Positions 33,916 to 43,868 of a stretch of DNA of 46,514 nucleotides are shown one piece after another. The first letter of the stretch is position 1; the number at the start of each line of letters is the position of its first letter. This DNA comes from Nemertoderma westbladi (taxonomy: Eukaryota > Animalia > Xenacoelomorpha). The notes under the pieces are model-generated. The model was not told the DNA's origin. It did not search any database and saw nothing but the letters and a program-made list of their open reading frames with translations. The stretch covers positions 1 through 46,514 of the forward strand of contig JAUCBJ010004882.1 in the NCBI GenBank assembly GCA_032718475.1, read 5' to 3'. The translations under genes and the position numbers were made by a program.

Positions 33916-35280
33916 CTAAAATAAATCACTGGATAACACAATGTAGCTGATCCCGGCACACAATGCAGCTCCCACAGACCCCGCAATGTAAACCCGTCGC
34001 CATAAGGGTTTACCTTGAATAGACGACCCGCTGGAACAGTTCGTCTCGATAGGTGAATCCTGAGAGTCATTAAACAAACTATCGGGTGAGGCGATAAACG
34101 ACTCGAAATCCAGTTCCAAGTCGGATTCCTTGAGGTCGTCCAACCCCAGGATATCCCGGAAACCCTCTAAAACAGTCGCGCCCTCCTCCTCGGGGTACAC
34201 GTAGTCCGCCACGAGCGGGACGCCGTGGACGTTAGCGAACACTCGTCTGGGGGTGGGAACGACCTCGGAGTGTTCCGAGGCCGCAAGTTCCTCCCCAAGT
34301 AGATGCGACCTGCTCAGCAGACTCGCTACTAGGTCTCGTTTAAGATGCTCGCTACACTCGCCCACAGTGGCGCTCGGTCCGCACAGACACCGAGCGCCAA
34401 CGGACCCTCGGATTCGGACCAACGAGTCCACCTCGGTCCGGGTCAGCTCCTCCCCACAAACCGACGGCGGTTCTAATAAACTAACCCGGTAAACTTTACC
34501 TAATTCTACCTCCTCAATCTGTTTATTCTCCCATCCTTTACTTTTATTCCCGCCGCGAGATTTATGTTTTACCTTTTTTACTGACTTCTGAGTTTCGAAT
34601 GTATCTTCAGGATTCCGTATCGTATCATTAAACAGCAAGCTAGCTCTTTGAATTCTTAAAGAAATTTGTCGCAATGCGGCTATGAGAGATAACCTCTTCT
34701 GTTTCTTCCCGCCTAATAAAGTCATATACAAATGTTCGTCGATATAATATTCCGTTTGAAATAAATTCCATTGAGAAATGAAACTCTGATAGGTTAATTC
34801 GGCAGGGTGGAAAATATTCGAGTCGCATTTTAGTAATTTGCATTGAATTCTGTGGGATTTCGGACAGATGTGGATTAGCAATCCGGACCGCGGTTTCTCG
34901 CGTTGGGATTCCTCCCACAACGGGCTGCCATCTGTGCCGATCGCGGCACCCAACATCGATCTACATTTAGCGGAATATTTAACCAAGGCGTCCTCCTCCG
35001 ATACGATAAACAGTCCGACTACCGACTGTCCGCCGACTAGCATCTTCGTAACTTCCTCCGAGTGTTCCGGGATGGCCAGATCGTTGATCAGCACCGAGGA
35101 GAGCCGTTTCGTCGACTCCACCTCATCCGGGATGTGGCAACCAACAAATAGAGTTATGTAGTCCCGGCTTGGCTGCGATTGGCCAATCAGTAAACCCAAT
35201 GACCAGTCAGCAGGTTCGTGAACCTTCAGCGACGAAACATATTTGGATAATGCAGATTCTGCGACAACACAACGCGCCAT
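33916..35280 (-). CDS. ODR4: ODR4 homolog, GPCR localization factor (454 aa), intronless
   Basis: Motifs GLLIGQ...RDYI, EHSEEVTKMLVGGQSVVGLF, KRDLVASLLSR, PRRVF and DYVYPEE, plus a single C-terminal hydrophobic anchor. Length is typical of ODR4. Confidence 0.88.
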   Translation of the reverse strand: MARCVVAESALSKYVSSLKVHEPADWSLGLLIGQSQPSRDYITLFVGCHIPDEVESTKRLSSVLINDLAIPEHSEEVTKMLVGGQSVVGLFIVSEEDALVKYSAKCRSMLGAAIGTDGSPLWEESQREKPRSGLLIHICPKSHRIQCKLLKCDSNIFHPAELTYQSFISQWNLFQTEYYIDEHLYMTLLGGKKQKRLSLIAALRQISLRIQRASLLFNDTIRNPEDTFETQKSVKKVKHKSRGGNKSKGWENKQIEEVELGKVYRVSLLEPPSVCGEELTRTEVDSLVRIRGSVGARCLCGPSATVGECSEHLKRDLVASLLSRSHLLGEELAASEHSEVVPTPRRVFANVHGVPLVADYVYPEEEGATVLEGFRDILGLDDLKESDLELDFESFIASPDSLFNDSQDSPIETNCSSGSSIQGKPLWRRVYIAGSVGAALCAGISYIVLSSDLF

Positions 35281-35476
35281 TGGTTGTATACTAAGCTGAG
35301 CTAGACTACCAGATCTGTAGATACAAGATCAAAGATAATGTAGGTAGGTACTGTGTACTGAGGTACAGAGGTACTTGGTACTAATGAGTAAGGTACCCGT
35401 ACTGTAATGTAGGACCTAGTTCAGTACCGTACGTAGTTGCTTGAGCTGTTTAGTTTAGGTCCTGAGTCATTACGTA

Positions 35477-35639
35477 CGGTGGCTGATCTTTGCCAATTAA
35501 TTAATTTTTTTGTTTCATATTATTTCATAATTTTTGGTCGACCATAAATTAATTTTTGGTCGACCATAAATTATGACGTCATGGAGAACTTCTGAAAAAA
35601 AATAAAAAAAATAAATTAATTGGCAAAGATCAGCCACCG
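35477..35639. mobile_element. Tc1/mariner-type MITE with TA duplication upstream of ODR4
   Basis: TA|CGGTGGCTGATCTTTGCCAATTAATT ... AATTAATTGGCAAAGATCAGCCACCG|TA (26-bp perfect TIR). A central tandem pair of TAATTTTTGGTCGACCATAAAT is present. Confidence 0.85.
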
Positions 35640-36515
35640 TAATTACCGGACATCCGTATTACTATTTAACAATAAATAACCCCTTGTTCAGTACCTACCT
35701 ATACTTCTTGTTAATACCCAAAGAAAGTCTCTAAAATATTATTTCGCAAATATTTGTTTCCTACCTACCGGTACTGTATTTTTTTAATCATTTCCCCTAT
35801 TTTTCTATTTTTTTAACTATTTGTTTTATTATTTTTTTTACCTCCCTTTTTTTAATCATGCTACCTATTTTTTATGCAGTTACCGTGCTGCCGTAGACAA
35901 GGCCTAAGTTAAGTACCGGTACCGGTACTGTACTGTAATTCTAAAATCTGTACTGTATTCTAATCGCGTTTTGTTTTGGTTCCTTCTGGCTACCACTGTA
36001 ACCTGCTCCTTATGTTAAACTCAGGTCAGTTAAACTCACCCACTCACTGTTAAACTCACTGACATTCTGACAATCTGGATGTCGAAATATTAATAGCTAA
36101 AAAAAATAATTTGAGAAAAATAGGTAAAAATGATTTAAAAAAATAGGTAAAAAAAAATAAAAAATAGGTACCACAAAATAACTACCATATTATTTTGCGG
36201 ATCATATGTTTATTCATGGAAATTCTGCGTAAATTTGCATAACAATAACACAAGCCAAATAAAAGGAACAGTAGGGAAGAGTAAGTAGCTCTCATTGGTT
36301 ATGTTCCAGTTCTGTTCTATTTTCAATAAAATCAAGGAAAAGAAACATGAAATTGAAAGTGATCCGCATAATATATTTTTATAGACTTTTGGGGGGGAAC
36401 AACAAGGTAATATAGAATAAAAAAATTGGTTTGGATGAATTGCTTATTTGTTATGGGTTGACCCCCTTTTTTGGTAGATTAACTCGCCTATAAGGTTCAT
36501 GAGCGTGCATTAGAT

Positions 36516-36750
36516 TTCAATCTGCGGTGAACTTCTGCCTTAAAAATTGATGGCAAATTCAATCTGCGGTGAACTTCTGCCTTGAAAATTGATGGCAAAT
36601 TCAATCTGCGGTGAACTTCTGCCGTGAATTTTCACGGCAAATTCCTATTGGCTGATATATTAGCTATACTTTAAATATTTTAATCAGCCAATAGGAATCG
36701 TACGTGAAAATTCACGGCAGATTGAATTTGCCGTAAAGTTTCATGGCAGA
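36516..36750. repeat. Palindromic MITE-like relic with three 42-bp tandem units
   Basis: Units start at 36516, 36558 and 36600. ATTCCTATTGGCTGAT (36641..36656) is inverted at 36683..36698, and GGCAAATTCAATCTGC is mirrored by GCAGATTGAATTTGCC. Confidence 0.7.
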
Positions 36751-37799
36751 ATCCCATAGATAGGTATTGAGTTTATGTTTTGAAAACGATTGCCGTTGTG
36801 GGCCGCAATTAAAGGACGCCTTGACCTCTAGGCCTACTCTATATTGCAAGGATGGGAGATCTTATGTAAGTGACTGTTGCAGCTATATCTTGATGGAAGG
36901 TTCGGTAAAGATAATTATCGAGTCAATTATGTTTCGTTACGTATAATTAAATTTACAGAATCTCTCAATAAATAAGTTACAATAATGTTTCAACAAAAAG
37001 GGCTTTATCAAATTCTATGGAATCTACTTACAAACAGGGAAGCTATATACCACAGTACCGTCATTGAGAATTGCCGGAACTACAGTATATATTATATCAT
37101 TAGAATCGGTTTGAAATTAAAAGATATTAAATATTATACACATGTATAAAAAATAAATACTATTTACAGATAAAATGCGCTAAAAATATAAAAACTTTTA
37201 CTATTGTAAAAGTTAGGGGCTTCCGCAAGCAGAGGGTGAAGTTGCAAGAAGGTGAGGAAAGTGACAAAACAGGCCCTTTTAAAGCCAGACATTGTGCAAA
37301 TCGGGATCGGAACGTTCTGAAAGCTGAGTGGCCGTAGCTCGTCCCTGATTGGTCGGAGCTACAGGTTGGCCAAGCAGTTACGTTTCGATCCTATTGCACC
37401 TATGGGCTGGCGAGGGCAGGAGGTCGATGACATGGGTCATGTGACATAGAAACGCATCAGCGTTTGGCAAACCAAACGTGACACCACAGGACAAAATATA
37501 CATTTGGATCCTATTTACAAATGAATGTCTGTGTGAGACTCAAACGTGATCCCACTGAACAAACCTACACGAGATTATTCACACCTGTGTTTGTGACATT
37601 GGCATTGTGCTATTTTGGAAACCAACAATTTGTATTTTGTATGACTCATAGTATGACTCTTCTCTTACGTAGAAATCTTAATGAGATTGCAGGAAATTTG
37701 AATCAAAGATAGATTCACCTCCCTCCTCGTTAGTGGGTGAGACATAATTTTTATTTTCGTTTTCATTCTTTAGCTACAAGCCATAAATTAAACCATAAT

Positions 37800-38790
37800 A
37801 CATTATCCCAAGTATTAGAAGTCATCCACATTCTCAAGCAAGCCTTCCCTGGAATTTATTCCCTTACGATCAGACATTTATTGAGACCTTTCAAGGTTCA
37901 CTTTAATAATTTTGATCTTCTTGGAGTTTACCGAAAGACCATGACTAGAAGCAACCTGCCCCAATGAGCAGATGAGCTGTTGGTCTCCATCTAGTGATCC
38001 TGACAGTACCCGCAAGTCATCAGCAAAGACTAGATCAATTAATAGGGTACATTGCTGGATTTCCGACACGCGTAATCAATGCAAGAATGGTGAACATACG
38101 TGGTCCGGTCGGGAGATTGAGCCCAAGGCCTTAAAGAAGTCAACAAAGCTAATAGCCAGTTATTTGTCTTTCTTGATTGATAACTCTTTGATTATCCTTC
38201 TAAGTGCCAGAATAGACCCGCCCATGGTCCCACAACCTTTACGGAACCCATTTTGGTTCCCACGTAACAGTCTCTCAACAGGATACGATTTAAGAGAATT
38301 CTGTTGTATAGCTTTTCAGAAATCGAGATCATAGAGATTTTATGAAAGGATCCATGAGTTGTTAGGTCGCCCTTCTTTGATGTTGCAGGGACAAACTTAT
38401 TTGTTTTAATTTCTTGAGGGACTCTCTTTGTCCTGTCCACAATGATGGGGTGAATGAACTCCAAACACTCAGGAATTTTAAAGACCTCATCTACTCCACT
38501 GGCAAGATAGATCTTTATGCTCATGGCTGCAATCTTGATTTCAGCAAAGAAGAAGTCTCCAATGGCTGTGACATATCCATATCTATGAGCTGGCGGGACA
38601 CATTCTGCGCCTTAGAGACGTCATTTCGGAACTTACGAATTTTGCGGTCAGTCCATGAGGCTTTTTTCTGTTTCGAGGGTATACTGTATACAGGAACTGT
38701 TTCTGTAGCTGCTAACTTAACCGCTACTGTGAAGGCAGAATAGTCCTCGCTGTGATCTGCCGCCTCCGAAGCGAGAACCTCACACCTGTT
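37800..38790 (-). mobile_element. Old, internally deleted relative of the RTE family (copy 3)
   Basis: KLAATETVPVY, ASWTDRKIRKFRND, VFKIPECLEFIHPIIVD, KTNKFVP, KLYNRILLNRI and DLVFADDLRVLS all match copy 1, with deletions and frameshifts. Confidence 0.9.
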
Positions 38791-39396
38791 TATCACCTGC
38801 AATGTGAAGCTCATACTTGGGCTGTTGCAACAGAGCATACATACAACACGCCATAATTAATTAGATAATACACAGCATAACCAACCATAAGACTGTAATT
38901 AATTTATTACCAGATTGCTTATCAATTGAAAAAACTGAATACAAAATAATTAACCAAACGTAACCAATTAAGGGTTTATCGTTAAAGATCCACAGAATAC
39001 ATATATTTAAGTAATTTAGCGTGAAAAAAAAGGAAAAACTTTAAAGATAGCTGATAAGAGAAAAAAGAAACAATCAAAAATAGCTACAGAAGCGGAAAAA
39101 ACAACCTACAACTCATTTACAACACCAATATTATTTATTTTCACCAATGCATAATTGAATCCTGTACCTGTATAAAATGACCCTACTATAAATGAAGCCC
39201 AATTGTCGCTGAGATGGTATCTGGTGCACCGACACCAGATACAAAGTACCGACACGAACCCACCGTGGGTGGCTAGGAGCGATGGGGTGCGAGGGCGGGG
39301 TATAAAATTATTCGAGTTTAACGGGAATGTCCTTTTCACGAAATTAGAAGCAAATTTTGCTTGTCACGCATTCATAGATAAAGTATATTACATATC

Positions 39397-40680
39397 TTAT
39401 TGATCAACATGTCCACAAGTCCATAATACCGTGAGAGTAAATAAAAAAGGCAGAATCGTTAAACTAAGCAGTGAAGCTGCTATTTGGAATCCGAAATAAT
39501 TAATTAGAATTCCACCAAATAGCGCGCCTAGTAAAGCACCAACGGCAAATGAGATTCTAAGAGCTTGTTGGAGAACAGACCTGGTATCAACGTTGTCTGG
39601 GTGACCACAAACTCTCACAGCCAGACGGGTTTGTGTTTCAAATGCAGGAATCTGCATTATCCCAGCTCCAAATCCAATGAAAGCCAGCGAGCTCAGTGAA
39701 ATTGTTAACGAGTGAGGTATACCAAGTATCTCAGTCGGCCCTACTAGTTGCATTGCGGCAAACAGTATTGTTATACCAATTACCGTGGGGTATATTGTCT
39801 TGAACTTGAATTTCTTAATCAAAACTGTTATTATGACAGCTATACAAGTTTCACACACTGGGTGGACCATATACGCTAGACCAATATTATATTGGTTAAC
39901 ATCATAGTAGCTGTGAATATACGAAGCGTAATATGCCAATACAAAATATATTACCATACAAATATACAGGTGGAAAATATAAATTATTGTAATTGCGGGG
40001 TTCATTAGCAAACCGTGATATGTTAGTCTTCCAACACTGAAGTCCTGTCTGTCATAAAGGTAAGGAGGAGCCTCGTACCAACAGTACAGAACAATAATGA
40101 GAAACATCAAACTCGATATGATGAATGGATATTCGAAACCCAAAGAAGCAAAAACGGCAGATCCGAAAACAGGTGCGACAGCATAGCTGGCGGTAGAAAG
40201 TACAATTGACATACCGGCTAATAGACTTCTGTGGTTTGGCAATAATTCCATTAATAAATTGTAGGAGTAGGTGTAACAGATGTTGAGGCCAATTCCTTTT
40301 ATAAGACGCAGCAAAAAACAGGTGATTATAAGCCCGGTGTTGTTAGGAATATGTTCTACAAATCCAAAGAGTAATTGGCCGATAGTTCCAATGACACCGA
40401 ATATTCCTAAAGAAGTTCGCGTTCCCCATTTGGTGATGGAATGCGGGAAAACAATGTAAAGAATAATCTGGGCGAGGGGATAGATTGCAAACAGGGAACC
40501 AATGAGGGTCTTAGACCAGCCACGCTTCTCCACAACGATTGGGAAAAATGACTCTAGTAAACACATAGCCCACCCGGGTATTAACTGGAATACCATCAGA
40601 AAACAAACCAAAACAGTAAGTCTCCATCCATGGAGTGTATTTGGTTGGATTCGGTTAAGAGAATCTGTTTCACCGAACAT
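39397..40680 (-). CDS. MFS transporter, SLC18B1-like (427 aa from first ATG), intronless
   Basis: About 12 hydrophobic segments in 6+6 arrangement. SFFP...EKRG...IGSLFAIY, LLRLIKGIG and APVFGSAVF...GFEYPF resemble SLC18B1/DHA1-type motifs. ATG at 40680 is preferred over TTG at 40698. Confidence 0.85.
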   Translation of the reverse strand: MFGETDSLNRIQPNTLHGWRLTVLVCFLMVFQLIPGWAMCLLESFFPIVVEKRGWSKTLIGSLFAIYPLAQIILYIVFPHSITKWGTRTSLGIFGVIGTIGQLLFGFVEHIPNNTGLIITCFLLRLIKGIGLNICYTYSYNLLMELLPNHRSLLAGMSIVLSTASYAVAPVFGSAVFASLGFEYPFIISSLMFLIIVLYCWYEAPPYLYDRQDFSVGRLTYHGLLMNPAITIIYIFHLYICMVIYFVLAYYASYIHSYYDVNQYNIGLAYMVHPVCETCIAVIITVLIKKFKFKTIYPTVIGITILFAAMQLVGPTEILGIPHSLTISLSSLAFIGFGAGIMQIPAFETQTRLAVRVCGHPDNVDTRSVLQQALRISFAVGALLGALFGGILINYFGFQIAASLLSLTILPFLFTLTVLWTCGHVDQ

Positions 40681-41595
40681 TGTGAATATTATTATCAAGT
40701 ACCGGTAATATACTTTGGATTAAAATACAACATATTATGAACTTTATAAACAGTTAGAACTGTGTTTTGTGTTTTTATCTATTTTATTAAATTTTTTTTT
40801 AAACCAGACCCTATAGGATCTGCCCATAAACACCGAAAATTACATATTATATAATACAAACTTGCACTTATAATAAATTGTACAGAACAAAGAAAAAGGT
40901 AAAAGAAAAACCGGCAAATGTGTTAATAAAATGTGTTAATAAAATGTGTTAATATTGTTCATGAAACAAGTATTTAATAGCTGCAGTAGAATTATTTAGT
41001 ATTATATATTATACCCTACAAAGAAACTCAGAACTAAAATATCCTATATTATTATTCTCTATTTGTATTTTAAACTAAACTCTTATTTTTAAAAATGTCA
41101 TAAATATAAGTTCATCAGCTGCTGAAATATAGGTTATTTACAATGGGAGTGGGTAGGTTTGCAACAGTTGTGAGAGGCACGACAAACAATTATTTATTGG
41201 TGATACTTGTCATCCATCCACATTATTAATATTGGTGATATCAGTCCGTCTGATAAACATACAGTTACACTATGTAAATCCTTGGGTATCCTGCCCGTAA
41301 GTAAATCTTCTTCTACATGATTAGCTCCTTTTGTTAGATGTAAAACGCCAATACTATTAAATCAGATTCTATATCAAAGTCTCATCCATGTGTTCATTAC
41401 ACCGCACGCTTGGCTTTGGCTAGTCTTACTCTCCCTCCTGAAAGTTCACCTTGTTTCCACAATATTACTATAGTGTAACGTACTGTACTATTGTACTAGT
41501 GTAGTGTACCGTACTCCAGTGCCCGTGTGGTGTAGTGTAATATACCTAATTAGTGCTACAATTACAGTACTTGTGTACTAGTGTGCTAACTTTAA

Positions 41596-41910
41596 GTTAC
41601 CAATTGAAAGAGAAGAGCAAGTTACATGGTGGGTTTATCTAACCAATACAGTAAAGAATGTTATTATCAATTGAGGGAAAGGAGCAGGTTACAGAGGTGG
41701 GCTTTTCTAACCAAAACAATAAACACATGTTGTTACCAATTGAGACAAAGGATCACATTATACAGAGGTGAGATTTTCTATCCAAAACAATAAACAATTT
41801 TGATACTAATTGAGAAGTTACAGATTTGAGATTTTCACCCAAAACAATAAACAATTTTGTTACCAATTGGAGGAAAGGAGCATGTTACAGAGTTGAGCTT
41901 TTATAACCAA
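41596..41910. repeat. Degenerate ~67-70-bp minisatellite, about 5 copies
   Basis: Recurring (T)TACCAATTGAG..AAAGGAGCAGGTTACAGAGGTG.G.TTTTCTAACCAAAACAATAAAC with anchors near 41600, 41667, 41736, 41806 and 41863 (fourth unit shortened). Confidence 0.85.
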
Positions 41911-43868
41911 CAAAATATGTACCGTCGGTACTTCGAATCCAAATGCCAAAAAAAATAGTTATGAATGATTAATTATAGTGAATTAATGATTAATTTTAGT
42001 GAATTAATGATTAATTTTCGAAATAGAAAAATTAATTGTGTACATTCAAGTGCAGAACACTGAAAATAAATCCAAAACTTTAATTATCTGTCTTATTATA
42101 TAAAATGAAACTGAAATTGAAAAATTAAATTATTTGAATTTTAATTCAGTGTTCAGATAAAACACCATGCAAGTGTAACTAGAAAGAGAACTGGCTGAAA
42201 AGAAGCCGTCTATAAGACAACAAACCGAAAAACCTAAATCATAATTCCGTTTCTGGGTTAGTCCGAAGTGAAAAGATGAACAAATATTTAACCATATCCA
42301 ATCCCCGCATCATTATGAAGCAACCAATTTAATATAACAATAGGCGATTAATCTCAAAAATGGTTTGATATCTTTACTGTTTATCCTGAACAACAACAGA
42401 GAACAACAACAATAAATCAGAACCCATCACATAACTCGATTTTAAGCGGTCCCATAATTTAATTGTTTTGTTGAATTGCTTTTTCACTCAGTGTATGTCA
42501 CATAATTGACTTCTCCAATAAAGCCCATATGCTCCTAATTGATACTACAGAATACCTTTACAGTAAGAATCCCTAACGATCTTCAAAAAAAATAGAACTT
42601 TGTCATATAAATCCCCCCCCCCCCCCCCCCCCCCCCCTTTAATACAATAATTATAAAAACGTTTCAATCTGTTGTAAATATTTTGCGACCAAATAGAAGT
42701 GTAGATATACTATACTAAGACTAATATTATAGCACTAAACGACATTCAACACTAATTAAAAATGAAATTAAGTAGCACACTTAATTACCTAACCAATAAC
42801 CACATAGAATAGCGAATACCAGAAACCATCACAGAAAATGGAGATAATTAATAAATCGATACATAATTGAGAATGATACCAGAAAAATATAATAAATGAA
42901 ATAAAGTAACAGTAAATAAAATATCCATTCACTTTTGTTTAAATCTATACCGTAAAACTCAAGGAGCTCAACTAATTGTTACATTCTGAGTTTTAGCCCA
43001 AACCAAGATTATACAATATATTTTACCAATCAAAACAAATATACTAAATAATAAATATAAAATATTGTGAATATATAAATATTTCCAAAGGTGGGATAAA
43101 ATGGCAATGCATAAAACCACTGAATCACCTAAACTTGGCAATCCCCAATAACGACTGGCTCTTATATAGTGTGACACAGGGGATAAGGCGAACTGGCTTG
43201 CATCGGGGTTGATTATCCAGTAAGTTTAGTATTTTGGTTATTTTTATCACAAATTAACACCTACCAATGAAATAACCTGAGAAAAGTCGTACGTACGCCA
43301 GACCCTATAGAATCACTCAAAGCAACTAAGACATATTAAAATGTAATTATTAGTTGTTGTTATAGCGAGTAACTATAGTAGCGATTTCTATTCATATTTC
43401 ATATTTAAATTAATTCTGTAGGATCGAATTCTCTGCATCTTGGATCCCTTAATAAGGAAAGTCGAACTGATCCAGTTGCACAATATCTATCCCCAAAAAG
43501 TAAATAACTATACCAAACGGAATAATATTGTTCTAGAACTAAATATCGCACGTGTTCTCAGAGAGCTCAGCATTTCGAATATAAAAAGAAATATTATTCA
43601 AACCAACAATACAAATATTAACTTATTAAACTTATTTAGAATCCAGGCAGAACAGATCTGATGTGAGATTACACCCTGCGTCTGCCCTGCATATCAAATA
43701 TCCAACAATTGAATATTACCTATCTAGGGCTGCAGATTGTATTGTATTTATGGATTGCCAAATTTTGGTTAAATTAAACTGAAATTAAAAATTAACTTAG
43801 TAAATAAGAAACTCGTGCAATGCTAGAATGCTTGTGTAATCTGGTGCGCATTACAAACAGTGAAGTAA

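Noticed and set aside
35680-36410. Weak inverted similarity between T-rich and A-rich blocks
   Set aside because: Low complexity and ends not definable; possibly an old foldback element.
37300-37400. Possible tRNA or tRNA-derived SINE (A-box/B-box-like words, small hairpin)
   Set aside because: No cloverleaf could be built, box matches are weak, and there is no tail or TSD.
30032-42637. Poly-G/C tracts (30032..30046, 31890..31909, 33040..33058, 42613..42637)
   Set aside because: Simple homopolymers, mostly within TE relics, and their lengths are prone to sequencing error.
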